This document shows, one piece after another, positions 16,875 through 27,047 of a stretch of DNA of 58,632 bases (positions are counted from its first letter, which is position 1; the number at the start of each line of letters is the position of its first letter). Location: the NCBI GenBank assembly GCA_900546085.1, contig URBS01000001.1, forward strand, positions 1 through 58,632, given 5' to 3'. Source of the DNA: an uncultured Collinsella sp. (GTDB taxonomy: Bacteria > Actinomycetota > Coriobacteriia > Coriobacteriales > Coriobacteriaceae). The position numbers and the translations under genes were made by a program. Below the pieces are notes generated by a model. The model ran no database searches and had not been told where the DNA came from. It saw only the letters and a program-made list of their open reading frames with translations.

Positions 16875-17753
16875 CTATACAAGACCCCAGGTCTTGACCT
16901 CTTGGTCGAGCCAGCCGTCGGCCAGACGGTCGCAAATCACCTGATCGACCACGGCCGAAAGGTCGCAGCCCTTCTTGGTCGCCACGCCGTAGCCCTGCTC
17001 GCCAAACTTGACCTCGGGCTGCAGCAGCTCAACGGTCTCGTTCATGTAACCGGCCAGCGTGGAGCGGTCCATGGCAAAGACGTCGATATTGCCGGCGTCG
17101 AGCGAGCTCTTGATGATGGGGTAGCCGCTAAAGGCCCTAAACTCGGGCTTGCAGCTAAAGCCGTTGTCCTTGATCATCTGCTCGATCAGGCCCTGCGTGG
17201 TGGCACCCTGGCTCACGCCGATGACCTTGCCGTCCAGGTCCTCAATCGAGGTAAAGCCCGAACGCTTCTTGACCATGAGTCCCACGTAGTCGGTGCGGTA
17301 CGGCGTCGAGAAATCCCAGCTCTTCTTGCGCTCGTCGGTGATGGTGTAGGTCGCCGCGACCACGTCGAGTTGGCCGTTATCGATCAGCGGGCCGCGTGTC
17401 TTGGGCGTTACGTCGGTAAACTCGACAAGCTCCTGGGCACGGGCTTCCTTGTAGCTCACGCCAAAGACAGCGGCGGCGATCTGGTAGCACAAATCGACTT
17501 CCATGCCCTCAAAGCGGCCTTTGGCGGTGTCGTAATAGCCGTAGCCGGGAACATCTTTCTTGACACCGGCATTCAGATGGCCGCGCGACTTGATGGCCGC
17601 AAGCTTGGATCCCTTGTCGGAACCCTCGCCGCTGGTGGAGTTGCCGCAACCGGTGAGCGCGGTCCCCGTCAGCGCGAGCATGCCGGCGCCCGCCAGCTGC
17701 AAAAAGTGACGGCGCGACACGGCCGCCCTCGTCATATCCGTCATGTCCATCAC
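16875..17753 (-). CDS. Amino-acid ABC substrate-binding lipoprotein (PEB1/GlnH-like, Glu/Asp/Gln), Tat signal
   Basis: SRRHFL twin-arginine motif, LTGC lipobox, GVKKDVPGYG, ATYTITDERKK. Confidence 0.9.
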   Translation of the reverse strand: MMDMTDMTRAAVSRRHFLQLAGAGMLALTGTALTGCGNSTSGEGSDKGSKLAAIKSRGHLNAGVKKDVPGYGYYDTAKGRFEGMEVDLCYQIAAAVFGVSYKEARAQELVEFTDVTPKTRGPLIDNGQLDVVAATYTITDERKKSWDFSTPYRTDYVGLMVKKRSGFTSIEDLDGKVIGVSQGATTQGLIEQMIKDNGFSCKPEFRAFSGYPIIKSSLDAGNIDVFAMDRSTLAGYMNETVELLQPEVKFGEQGYGVATKKGCDLSAVVDQVICDRLADGWLDQEVKTWGLV

Positions 17754-17758
17754 CGCGC

Positions 17759-18490
17759 CTAGTGCAGAATCTTGGACAGGAACTCGCGGCAGCGCGGGTT
17801 CTCGGGGTTATCGAAGAAGTGCTCGGGCGTGCCCTCCTCCAGGATGCGGCCGTCCTCCATAAAGATGACGCGGTCGGCCACCTGGCGCGCAAAGCCCATC
17901 TCATGCGTCACGCAGATCATGGTGATGTCCTCCTGCGCAAGCTCAATCATAACGTCCAGAACCTCCTGGACCATCTCGGGGTCGAGCGCCGAGGTCGGCT
18001 CGTCAAACAAGATGATGGGCTGTTTGGTGCACAGGGCACGGGCGATGGCAATGCGCTGCTGCTGACCACCCGAGAGATTCTGCGGATACTCGCCGGCCTT
18101 ATGCGCCATGCCGACGCGCTTGAGCGCGGCGATGGCAATCTCGGTCGCCTCCTCCTTGCTCTTCTTTTGCAGCTTGATGGGCGCGAGCGTCAGATTGCCC
18201 AGCACCGTCATGTTGGGATACAGGTTGAACTGCTGAAACACCATGGAACTATACTTGCGAGCCATCTCCAGGTGATTCTTTTTGGTGAGCGGCGTACCGT
18301 CGATGACGACCTCGCCCGACGTGGGCTCCTCCAGATAATCGACGCAACGGATGAGCGTCGACTTACCCGAACCGGAAGGCCCGATCATTACGAGCTTCTC
18401 GCCGCGCTTAACGGTGAGATTGATATCTTTGAGCACATGCAGGTCGCCAAAGTACTTGTTGAGATGCTTGATCTCGATCATGTCTGCCAT
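17759..18490 (-). CDS. glnQ: Polar amino-acid ABC transporter ATP-binding protein (GlnQ-like)
   Basis: [27 protein letters not shown]. Confidence 0.92.
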   Translation of the reverse strand: MADMIEIKHLNKYFGDLHVLKDINLTVKRGEKLVMIGPSGSGKSTLIRCVDYLEEPTSGEVVIDGTPLTKKNHLEMARKYSSMVFQQFNLYPNMTVLGNLTLAPIKLQKKSKEEATEIAIAALKRVGMAHKAGEYPQNLSGGQQQRIAIARALCTKQPIILFDEPTSALDPEMVQEVLDVMIELAQEDITMICVTHEMGFARQVADRVIFMEDGRILEEGTPEHFFDNPENPRCREFLSKILH

Positions 18491-18600
18491 GAATGTCCCT
18501 TCCCTGCGTTTACACGAGTTGAACTATTGTACGGAAAGAACCACGTTTCCGCAGCCCACACTACATTCCCGTAAAGAACCCGCAATCTTCCACCCACTCA

Positions 18601-18639
18601 TTGGGCACTCATTTAAGTCTGTCCCCAGTGAGCGCCCAA
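18601..18639 (-). repeat. GGGGACAG-loop hairpin
   Basis: Minus strand TTGGGCGCTCACT-GGGGACAGAC-TTAAATGAGTGCCCAA. Confidence 0.6.
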
Positions 18640-18809
18640 CCGCCCTTGTTGAGCATAAGTCAGCGAAAACCCGTACACGCGAGCAAGGTGACGTGAAATG
18701 AAAGGGCGCAGACCTTATGGTCGCGCCCTTGAAATTGAACGTCAGATTGCCGTGTGTACGGGTTTGCAGCGTCGAGCCGTTACGCGGTTTGGTAAAACCG
18801 CGTAACAAA

Positions 18810-19253
18810 TTACGCAAGCTTTGCGCCGACGATCTTTGCCGCGGCCGGCTTGTCGAAGTTGCCGCCGGTGGCCTTGCCGAGTGCTCCCATGACCTGGCCC
18901 ATCTGCTTCTTGGAAGTAGCGCCCAGCTCGGCGATGACCTGCTCGATCAGTGCCTCGAGCTCCTCGCCCGAAACCTGCGCGGGCAGCAGGCTCTCCAGAA
19001 TCTTGACCTGCTCGGTCAGGTTGTCGGTACGCTCTTGGTCGGTACCGGCCTTGATGGACATCTCCAGCGTCTCGCTCGTCTGCTTAATCAGACGCTTGAT
19101 CATGCTGTTGACGTCTTCCTCGGTCACGTCGCGGCGCTCGTTAACCTCGATATTCTTCACCTCGGCCTTGACCTGGCGAATGATGGACAGGCGAACCTTA
19201 TCCTTGGCCTTCATGGCGGCGATCATTTCCTTCTGCAGCTCTTCGTTGGTCAT
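18810..19253 (-). CDS. yqeY: GatB/YqeY domain protein
   Basis: AAMKAKDKVRLSIIR...LLPAQVS...KKQMGQVMG; GAGGAGG RBS. Confidence 0.9.
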   Translation of the reverse strand: MTNEELQKEMIAAMKAKDKVRLSIIRQVKAEVKNIEVNERRDVTEEDVNSMIKRLIKQTSETLEMSIKAGTDQERTDNLTEQVKILESLLPAQVSGEELEALIEQVIAELGATSKKQMGQVMGALGKATGGNFDKPAAAKIVGAKLA

Positions 19254-19307
19254 CTGCAAATCCTCCTCAATAGTGCGGGCGGCACTCACACAAGCGCTGC
19301 CCCATGA

Positions 19308-20531
19308 TTACTCAGTCGTCGACGAATTGTCGGTCGAACTCTTGGTGACGCCCTTCAGGCTGACGTTGTACGGCACGTCCTTGGGCATGGGGTTAACGGT
19401 GATGTCGGCGTCCTTCTTGTACTGCTCCAGCCACTCGCTGTACGCAGTGCTCTCTGCCTGCGTCTTCACCACGTTGGAGACATACTTCTTGATGTCCTTG
19501 GGTACCTGCTTGATATCATCGACCTGATTATCGACATGGAAGTAGTCGGTGCACTTGATGATGTGGTAACCATACGTCGACTCGACGACGTCGCTCACAT
19601 CGCCCTTGTTGAGCCCCTCGAGCGCCGCCTGGTAGCTGTCGACGAAGGTAGTGAGCTTATCCCAACCCACATCGCCCTTCTTCTCCTTGGAGCCGGTGTC
19701 GTCGGAATACTGCTCCACGGCGTCCTCAAAGCTCAGCTCGCCGGAGTTAATCTTGTCCAGGCACTCCTGCGCCTTGGCCTTGGCGGCAGCCTTGTCCTCG
19801 TCGGATGCGTCGGAATCGACCTTGATCAGGATGTTCGACGAGCGGCGGGCATCGTTGTACTTCGACAGGTTCTCGTTGATGCAATCGACGATCTCGCTGT
19901 CCTTGGGCTTGCTGGTGGGCGCCACGGCTTCCTTGAGCTTTTGCTGCGCCAGGCTCTCCTTGAGCGAGCTCTTATAGGTGTCCTCGGTGTAGCCGTAAGT
20001 CTTAAGCGTCTTCTTAAAGGTCTTGGCGCCGCCCGCGCTCTTGCACGCGTCCTTCCAAGCCTTCTCGACCTCCTTGTCCGACACCGTCACGCCGTTTTCC
20101 TTCTGCGCCTGCTGAAGCAGAATCTGCTGCGCGTAGGAATCGATGAGCTGTTTGCGGTACTTCTTGGGCGTAAGGTCGTTGTTGACCAGGTACTGCGCCC
20201 AATCCTTGTCCTTGGTATAACCATAGGACGTGCGCATGCTCATGATCTGCTTGGTCACGGTGTCCTCGGTGAGGTTGGTGCCGTTGATGGTGGCAGCCAC
20301 GCCACCAGTGAGCTTATAGCCCGAGCTGGCGCTTTCGGTCTGCGACATCAGGCCGGAGCACGCCATGGCCGAGACGGAGAGCAGCATCGCCAGCACGCCG
20401 ATGACCACCAGGACAATCTTGACGGTCTTGGACACGTACGTCTTGCGCTGCTTCTTGCGAGAGCTGGAGGCGGCGCGGGCCTGCTGTTCGGGCGTCGGCG
20501 CGACCTCGGGGTTCTTTTTCTTGTTTGCCAT
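19308..20531 (-). CDS. PrsA/SurA-like membrane-anchored parvulin peptidyl-prolyl isomerase
   Basis: N-terminal TM helix, SurA-N-like domain, SSNILIK...FEDAVEQYSDD.GSKEKKGDVGW...ESTYGYHII. Confidence 0.88.
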   Translation of the reverse strand: MANKKKNPEVAPTPEQQARAASSSRKKQRKTYVSKTVKIVLVVIGVLAMLLSVSAMACSGLMSQTESASSGYKLTGGVAATINGTNLTEDTVTKQIMSMRTSYGYTKDKDWAQYLVNNDLTPKKYRKQLIDSYAQQILLQQAQKENGVTVSDKEVEKAWKDACKSAGGAKTFKKTLKTYGYTEDTYKSSLKESLAQQKLKEAVAPTSKPKDSEIVDCINENLSKYNDARRSSNILIKVDSDASDEDKAAAKAKAQECLDKINSGELSFEDAVEQYSDDTGSKEKKGDVGWDKLTTFVDSYQAALEGLNKGDVSDVVESTYGYHIIKCTDYFHVDNQVDDIKQVPKDIKKYVSNVVKTQAESTAYSEWLEQYKKDADITVNPMPKDVPYNVSLKGVTKSSTDNSSTTE

Positions 20532-20718
20532 GTTTGGCCTTTCACATCACGAATCGAACAAACGCCATTGTGTCACAACGCAGCCCCCGCGACACACCTG
20601 GTGCATGGGAGACGGGTTAATCTGCACCATTTTGGTGCAAAGGGGACAGGTCTGGCAGTTGACAGTTAGGGACGTTCCTTTTCTGCCGGCGGTTAGGGAC
20701 AGTCCCCCAGTGCCGGCC

Positions 20719-21183
20719 TTAAAAGTGGCGGCGGATGGCGTCGACCATGCCCTGGGGCGTGGTCTGGCCGAGTACATCGGCTGCAGCGTCGGCATCCATA
20801 AAGATATTCATAAGCGCTTGCAGGGCCTCGACCTGGCCGCCCGGCTCGGCGATGCCCAGATTGATGACGATCTGCGCCGGCACCGGGGCGCCCATGCCCG
20901 CCATCGCGTTGAACGTCACAGGTGCGGCGGGCTTTATCACCGCGATATAGGGCTTGGCCACAAATCCCGAATCGGTATGCGGAATGGCGATGTTTGCCGC
21001 CGGCATAGCGAGACCCGTGGGATAGGCGTCCTCGCGCGTGCGGACGGCGTCGAGCCAACCCTCGGCAATGTAGCCGCGCGGAGCAAGCTCACCCTCGAGG
21101 CGCGCAAACACCTCATCCGGTGTCGCACACTCCCAATCAAAAAACACCAGCTCAGGCATAAACAGCGCTTCGTTATCCGCCAT
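20719..21183 (-). CDS. PTS sugar transporter EIIA component (GatA/fructose-mannitol class), orphan
   Basis: REDAYPTGL and IAIPHTD phospho-His motif. Confidence 0.88.
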   Translation of the reverse strand: MADNEALFMPELVFFDWECATPDEVFARLEGELAPRGYIAEGWLDAVRTREDAYPTGLAMPAANIAIPHTDSGFVAKPYIAVIKPAAPVTFNAMAGMGAPVPAQIVINLGIAEPGGQVEALQALMNIFMDADAAADVLGQTTPQGMVDAIRRHF

Positions 21184-21201
21184 GCGCTCACCTCTCTCAC
21201 C

Positions 21202-21257
21202 TAGTCACCTGCGACGTTCTTGAATGACTAGTCGTTTAAGAACGTCGCAGGTGACTA
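21202..21257. repeat. 56-bp near-perfect palindrome
   Basis: TAGTCACCTGCGACGTTCTTGAATGACT|AGTCGTTTAAGAACGTCGCAGGTGACTA; only two mismatches, both G-T. Confidence 0.85.
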
Positions 21258-21335
21258 CCAAAAACAAAAGGTGGTCACACGCGCCTTGGCGCCAATGACC
21301 ACCCTGACCACTCAACTAAATTGTACTGTGCACCG

Positions 21336-22037
21336 CTAGCCGCGGGGCGCATCAATTGCGACCTTGCCGCTCTCCAGCACGTGGACGCGCCCGTCGGCGA
21401 GCATCTGCACGACCTCGGGGTACAGCACGTGCTCGATCGCGTGGATGTGCTCCTCGAGCGTGACGACGTCCCAGCCCTCCTCAACAGCCAGCGCACGCTG
21501 GGCGATGATGGGGCCGTTGTCGTAAATCTCGTTGGCAAAATGCACGGTCACGCCGGTCACCTTGACGCCGCGAGCAAACGCATCGTCAATCGCATGGGCA
21601 CCGGTAAAGCTCGGCAGCAGCGCCGGATGCAGGTTGACCACGCGATTGGGGAACGCCGCCAGCAGCGGCGTGTGCACCATGCGCATGTAGCCGGCCATGA
21701 CCACGTACTCGCAGCCGCGCTCGAGCAGCTCATGCGCGATGATCTCGTCGGCGGCGATGGGGTCGGCATAGACATCCTTGGACAGCGTGAGTGTCTGGAT
21801 GCCCGCGCGCTCGGCACGCTGTAGGCCCTTGGCCGAAGGACGGCTCGACACCACAAGCTCAATCGAGGCGTTGAGCTTGCCGGCGGCGATCAGGTCGATC
21901 AGCGCCTGCAGGTTGGTACCCGAACCGCTGATAAGCACGCCGATCTTGAGCGGCTCGGCCGTATCGGTGCCGGTCGGACGGGTGTAGGGCACAAAGCCCA
22001 GGCCCTCGGCAGCAGCCATCTGCTCGCTAGCGCTCAT
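21336..22037 (-). CDS. purN: Phosphoribosylglycinamide formyltransferase
   Basis: ISGSGTNLQAL, NLHPALLPSF, GVTVHF. Confidence 0.96.
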   Translation of the reverse strand: MSASEQMAAAEGLGFVPYTRPTGTDTAEPLKIGVLISGSGTNLQALIDLIAAGKLNASIELVVSSRPSAKGLQRAERAGIQTLTLSKDVYADPIAADEIIAHELLERGCEYVVMAGYMRMVHTPLLAAFPNRVVNLHPALLPSFTGAHAIDDAFARGVKVTGVTVHFANEIYDNGPIIAQRALAVEEGWDVVTLEEHIHAIEHVLYPEVVQMLADGRVHVLESGKVAIDAPRG

Positions 22038-23130
22038 CGGAGTACACGACCTTACCGGAACCCTCGACGCACTCGCCCACGCGGAACGGCTTCTCGCCCA
22101 GCGCGACCAGAGCCTCGGTCACGGCAGCCTCGTCCTCGGGGGCAACGATCAGGCACAGGCCGACGCCCATGTTGAAGGTCTTGCATGCCTCGTTGGGCGC
22201 GAGCTCGGCCTGACGCGACACGTAAGTAATGACGGGCGGAACGTCCCAGCCCATCTCGGCGCCGCTGCGGGTGACCACGGCATCGACATCGTCGGCGAGC
22301 GCGCGGTTGAGGTTCTCGGTAATGCCGCCACCAGTGATGTGAGCAATGGCGTGCACCGAAGCGCCGCCGCGCAGCAGCTCCAGAATCGGCTTGACGTAGA
22401 TGCGCGTAGGGGCCAGCAGAGCATCGGCCAGCGAAGCACCGTCGAGCTCCTCGAGCGGACGGCTCAGTTCCTCGGCCTTAGCGGCGGCCTCGGGCGTGCC
22501 CGGCTTGATGCCGTCGACGCCGATGACCTTGCGCACGAGCGAGTAGCCGTTGGAGTGCACGCCGGTGGAAGGCAGACCCAGGATCACATCGCCGGGGCGA
22601 ACGTTCGCGGGGTCGAGCATCTTGGGACGATCGACAACACCCACGGTAAAGCCGGCGAGGTCGTAATCGGCCGGAGCCATGACGCCGGGGTGCTCGGCCA
22701 TCTCGCCGCCCACGAGCGCGCAGCCCGCGAGCTTGCAGCCGTCGGCCACACCCTTGATGATCTTTGCCATGTGCTCGGCCTCAATGTGACCGATGGCAAC
22801 GTAATCCAGGAAGAACAGCGGCTCGGCGCCCGAAGCCAAAATGTCGTTGACGCACATGGCGACCAGGTCCTGGCCCACCGTCTCGTGACGGTCCATGATC
22901 TGGGCGAGCACGAGCTTGGTGCCCACGCCGTCGGTGCCGCTAATCAGGATCGGGTCTTCCATATCCTTAAGCGCGGCGGCCGAGAACAGGCCGCCAAAGC
23001 CACCGATGCCGCCGATGACCTCGGGGCGGTTGGTGTCCTTGACCATCTGCTTAATAGCGTCGACGGCGCGGCCGCCCTCGGCGGTATCGACGCCGGCGTC
23101 CTCGTACGTCACATGCTTGCTGTCGCTCAT
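22027..23130 (-). CDS. purM: Phosphoribosylformylglycinamidine cyclo-ligase (AIR synthetase)
   Basis: YEDAGVD, GGFGGLF, TDGVGTK, HSNGYSL, HITGGG, TFNMGVG. Confidence 0.97.
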   Translation of the reverse strand: MSDSKHVTYEDAGVDTAEGGRAVDAIKQMVKDTNRPEVIGGIGGFGGLFSAAALKDMEDPILISGTDGVGTKLVLAQIMDRHETVGQDLVAMCVNDILASGAEPLFFLDYVAIGHIEAEHMAKIIKGVADGCKLAGCALVGGEMAEHPGVMAPADYDLAGFTVGVVDRPKMLDPANVRPGDVILGLPSTGVHSNGYSLVRKVIGVDGIKPGTPEAAAKAEELSRPLEELDGASLADALLAPTRIYVKPILELLRGGASVHAIAHITGGGITENLNRALADDVDAVVTRSGAEMGWDVPPVITYVSRQAELAPNEACKTFNMGVGLCLIVAPEDEAAVTEALVALGEKPFRVGECVEGSGKVVYSDER

Positions 23131-23245
23131 CTGAGCCTTCCTCTCCCACTACCGTCTGACGAGCAGGCGCCAAACGGTGCTCATAGTTGCGCCATTTCGG
23201 CGCGCGCCATAACAGCACGCGCCGTCATATCAACAAAACAGCAGG

Positions 23246-23288
23246 TAAAACCTACCAAAATAAACCTGTCCCTACATGGCAGGTTTTA
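23246..23288 (-). repeat. GGGACAGG-loop hairpin family B, overlapping the purF stop codon
   Basis: Minus strand TAAAACCTGCCATGTAGGGACAGGTTTATTTTGGTAGGTTTTA, homologous to 666-710. Confidence 0.75.
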
Positions 23289-24956
23289 GGCCTCGCCGTG
23301 CTCCTCTTCCCAGCTGCGGTCGACATATTTCTCGACCACGGCGTCGTCGTCAAAGTGCAGCGGCTTGTCCAGGTTGCGGGGCTTAAAGCCCTCCATGAAC
23401 TTATCGCGGCCAAAGCTCTCGGGAATCGCCACGGGATAGCGGCCGGTAAAGCACGCGTCGCAGTAGCCGCCCTTGGGCATGACCTTCAGCAGGCCCTCGA
23501 CCGAAAGGAAGGCCAACGAATCGGCGCCAATGTACTCGCAGATCTCATCGACCGTCTTGTTGGCGCTGATGAGCTGCGACTGCACGTCGGTATCGATACC
23601 GTAGAAGCACGGCCAGATGACCTCGGGCGAGTTGATGCGAATATGAATCTCCTTGGCGCCGGCGTTGCGCAGCATCTTGACGAGCTGCACCATGGTGGTG
23701 CCGCGCACGATGGAGTCATCGATCACGACCAGGCGCTTGCCCTCGATGTTGTCGCGCAGCGGGTTAAGCTTCATGCGCACGCCCATGGCGCGCAGCTCCT
23801 GCGTGGGCTCAATAAACGTGCGGCCCACGTAACGGTTCTTGATGAGGCCCTCACCAAAGGGAATGCCACTCTCGTGCGAATAGCCCTCCGCGGGCGGCAG
23901 GCCGGAGTCGGGCACGCCGATGACCAGGTCGGCCTCGACGGGCTCCTCGTGTGCCAGCTGGCGGCCCATGTCGTAACGGCAGGCATAGACGCTCTTGCCG
24001 TTCATGATGGAGTCGGGGCGGGCAAAGTAGACCTGCTCAAAGATGCAGTTAGCGGGCTCTTTGGCAGCGGGCACGCCCTGCTCGGATACCAGGCCCTCGG
24101 CGCTGATGCGCAAAATCTCGCCAGGGCGGACGTCGCGCACGTACTCGGCGCCCACAATGTCGAGCGCACAAGTCTCGGAGGCGACGACCCAGCCGCCGGC
24201 GCGGGTGACATGGGTGGTGGCGTCAACCGTCGCGGCGCCGTCCTGCGAGGGCAACTGCGAAACGGATGCGGCATCGGCCTGGTCCAGGCCCTCGTCCACC
24301 AGCTTGCCCAGCACGAGCGGGCGGATGCCGTGCGGGTCACGGAAGGCATAGAGCGCCTGCTCGTTGATGAGCGTCATGGCGTAGCCGCCGCGCACGAGCT
24401 CCATGGTCTTGCGAATGCCCTCGCGCAGGTGGCCCGTACGCTGAGTAAAGTAGCCGATAAGTTTGGTCGCGACCTCGGAATCCGAATTGGAGAGGAACGG
24501 CACGCCCAGCTCGATCAGCTGACGGCGCAGCTCGTCGGTGTTGACGAGGGTGCCGTTGTGCGCGAGCGCGATAATGACGCTATTGATGGTAGAGAGGTGC
24601 GGCTGAGAGGCTTCCCAGCTCTTGGCGCCGGCAGTGCCGTAGCGCACATGACCCACGGCCAGCTGGCCGGAGAGCGTCGACAGGTCGGCGTTGGAGAACA
24701 CGCGGTCGAGCAGGCCCAGATCTTTGCGGACCATAACCGTGCCGCCGTCACCCACGGCGATTCCAGCCGATTCCTGGCCACGGTGCTGCAGCGCACGCAG
24801 GCCAAAGTACGTCAGTCGAGCCACGTCGCGATCGGGCGCCCATACGCCGAAAATGCCACATTCCTCATGCAGCTGGTCGGAGTCCGGATCATACGTCGAC
24901 ATGGTGTTCACCTGTCCCGCGGCACGCTCGGCCGCGCGGATGGTTTCTTGAGACAT
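23286..24956 (-). CDS. purF: Amidophosphoribosyltransferase
   Basis: EECGIFG (propeptide then Cys1), LQHRGQESAG, VIDDSIVRGTT PRPP motif, Fe-S cysteines. Confidence 0.97.
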   Translation of the reverse strand: MSQETIRAAERAAGQVNTMSTYDPDSDQLHEECGIFGVWAPDRDVARLTYFGLRALQHRGQESAGIAVGDGGTVMVRKDLGLLDRVFSNADLSTLSGQLAVGHVRYGTAGAKSWEASQPHLSTINSVIIALAHNGTLVNTDELRRQLIELGVPFLSNSDSEVATKLIGYFTQRTGHLREGIRKTMELVRGGYAMTLINEQALYAFRDPHGIRPLVLGKLVDEGLDQADAASVSQLPSQDGAATVDATTHVTRAGGWVVASETCALDIVGAEYVRDVRPGEILRISAEGLVSEQGVPAAKEPANCIFEQVYFARPDSIMNGKSVYACRYDMGRQLAHEEPVEADLVIGVPDSGLPPAEGYSHESGIPFGEGLIKNRYVGRTFIEPTQELRAMGVRMKLNPLRDNIEGKRLVVIDDSIVRGTTMVQLVKMLRNAGAKEIHIRINSPEVIWPCFYGIDTDVQSQLISANKTVDEICEYIGADSLAFLSVEGLLKVMPKGGYCDACFTGRYPVAIPESFGRDKFMEGFKPRNLDKPLHFDDDAVVEKYVDRSWEEEHGEA

Positions 24957-25243
24957 GGTATCCCCTCAGAGCCTCGTATTTTTGGCGTTACCTGCCCTAT
25001 TATACGCACGGCAAGACAAGCACTCCCGCGCATGAACAGCGCTTTTTAAAAGCCCACCGAGCTAATAATCAGTTTTGTTGCCAAACATTTTATCGGTCTG
25101 TCCAGTGCAAGCGCCCGCGCCCCCCAGATGGCCGCCGCGTCCACCGTTGGGGATTACAAAGTTGCAATTGGGACGTTCGTCCTGTCTTTTGGCAGGTCGG
25201 CGGCGTATCCTTATAACCTACAACAAAGCGAGAAAGGTTCTGT

Positions 25244-26473
25244 ATGGATCGAAACGAACTCGACCCCAGCGTCCCCAGCGCCACAGAGGTCAAGAAGATT
25301 CCCCTCATCATTAAGGTGTACGCCGTCCTGTGCATCCTTTCCGGCGTGGGCACGCTCCCGTCGGTCGCTGCCTTTATGTGGCAGGTCATCACGGCACTTG
25401 TTAACGGCAACGCCACCGAAAAGCTCGGCGACAACACGCTCGTCGCAGTCGGCCTTATCGTCGCCGGCATCATGCTCTCTGCGGCAAGTGCCGTCATCCT
25501 AATCATCTTTGGCCTGGACCTTATCAAAAACCAGCGCCGCAACGCCGCCCGCCTGTCCTACATCCTTATTGCATTCACCGTCGTCGAGCTTTTGGTCGAC
25601 GTGATGCTCCAGGGCATCGGGCCCTTCCTGCTGCGTCCCGCGATCCAGCTCGGCATCCTTGTTGCACTTTCGGCAACCGTCGACCCCACGCTGCGTCAGG
25701 AGCGCGAACTGCAGCGCCGCCTGCAGGAGATGCTCGACCGCGACGCCGCCGCCGAGGGCATGCTCGGCCGCGATGAAACCGGCGAGGGCTACATCAAGCT
25801 CAACTACTTCAACCTGTTCTGGGTGTTCTTTGTCTGCTGCATACTCGGCCTGATCGCCGAGGACATCTGGCACATGACGGTCGACGACCCGGGCGTCTAT
25901 CAGAACCGCGCCGGCATGCTGTTTGGCCCCTTCAGCCCCATCTACGGATTTGGCGCCGTGCTCATGACCATGGTGCTTAACCGCTTCTACAAAAAGAACC
26001 CCATCATCATTTTCCTGGTGAGCGCCCTGCTCGGCGCCAGCTTTGAGGTGTTCGTGGGCTGGTTTATGCAGACCGCGTTTGGCGTGGTCTCGTGGAGCTA
26101 CTCGCACATAACGCTGTTCAGTTTGCCCGATCCGCTCGTGGTCCTCACGGGCGGACGCACCTGCACGGGCTTCGCCTGCCTGTGGGGCCTGGGCGGCCTC
26201 ATCTGGATCAAGCTGCTGCTGCCGAGGCTGCTTAAGCTTATCAACAAGATCCCCTGGAAGAGCCGCTACTCGGCCACCGTCATCTTTACCGTTATCATGC
26301 TGGTCGACGGCGTCATGACGCTGCAGTCGCTCGACTACTGGTACCAGCGCGTTAACGACACGGAGCCGGACATTCCCGTCGCACAGTTCTACGGAGAGCA
26401 CTTCGATAACGAGTACATGGAAAACCGCTTCCAGAGCATGACCATGAGCCCCAAGGATGCGACGCGCGTGTAG
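25244..26473 (+). CDS. Membrane protein with putative ABC-transporter permease (CmpB/DUF1113-like) domain
   Basis: Multiple TM helices; RAGMLFGPFSPIYGFGA, WSYS, GRTC...WGL. Confidence 0.75.
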   Translation: MDRNELDPSVPSATEVKKIPLIIKVYAVLCILSGVGTLPSVAAFMWQVITALVNGNATEKLGDNTLVAVGLIVAGIMLSAASAVILIIFGLDLIKNQRRNAARLSYILIAFTVVELLVDVMLQGIGPFLLRPAIQLGILVALSATVDPTLRQERELQRRLQEMLDRDAAAEGMLGRDETGEGYIKLNYFNLFWVFFVCCILGLIAEDIWHMTVDDPGVYQNRAGMLFGPFSPIYGFGAVLMTMVLNRFYKKNPIIIFLVSALLGASFEVFVGWFMQTAFGVVSWSYSHITLFSLPDPLVVLTGGRTCTGFACLWGLGGLIWIKLLLPRLLKLINKIPWKSRYSATVIFTVIMLVDGVMTLQSLDYWYQRVNDTEPDIPVAQFYGEHFDNEYMENRFQSMTMSPKDATRV

Positions 26474-26494
26474 CGCCCACCGCGCCCAAAACGC

Positions 26495-26534
26495 AAAATG
26501 CCCGCCGGTATCACACGTACCGGTGGGCATTTTT
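26495..26534. terminator. Bidirectional intrinsic terminator
   Basis: AAAATGCCCGCCGGTA...TACCGGTGGGCATTTTT between convergent genes. Confidence 0.8.
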
Positions 26535-26563
26535 ATAAACGATCCTTCTATCGACGCAAGCCT

Positions 26564-26983
26564 CTACGCCTCGCGCTCGACCTCACTCACGCATTCGTTC
26601 TTAATGGTGCCAACGAGCGCCTGCAGCGCATCGACCACGTGCGGGCGAATGTCCCCGCCGATGAGCACGAGCATGATGTCGTCACCTACGGCAAGCTCGC
26701 CGCTTGCCAGCCACACACGCACATAGCCGATACCCGGCATCGCACGCGTCGCCTCGATAGCAGCCTGCACCTTCTGAGCATCGAAGCCAAACACCATGCC
26801 GCCCACCTTATGCCCAGGCGCCACGCCATCGGTCTCGACTCCGCGCACCTCAGCCTTGGGCGTCGCGCGCACCACACCGTTATGCGTCAGATACATCCCA
26901 CAGCCTGCCGCCGAAGCATCGGCCTTGGCCTCGCGCAGCCAAGCATCAATCGAAGGCATCAATTTGCCACTCTCGAGCATCAT
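26564..26983 (-). CDS. moaE: MoaE-family protein (molybdopterin synthase large subunit-like)
   Basis: GMYLTHNGVVR, GELAVGDDIMLVLIGGDIR, IKNECVSEVE. Confidence 0.8.
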   Translation of the reverse strand: MMLESGKLMPSIDAWLREAKADASAAGCGMYLTHNGVVRATPKAEVRGVETDGVAPGHKVGGMVFGFDAQKVQAAIEATRAMPGIGYVRVWLASGELAVGDDIMLVLIGGDIRPHVVDALQALVGTIKNECVSEVEREA

Positions 26984-27001
26984 TTCTCCCTTACCGTCGT
27001 C

Positions 27002-27038
27002 GAGTAGCCAATTTGGGACGGGGCCTTTTTAGCTACTC
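27002..27038 (+). repeat. GGGACGGGG-loop hairpin family C, copy 1
   Basis: GAGTAGCCAATTTGGGACGGGGCCTTTTTAGCTACTC; homologous to 57322-57356. Confidence 0.7.
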
Positions 27039-27047
27039 TCGAACAAC

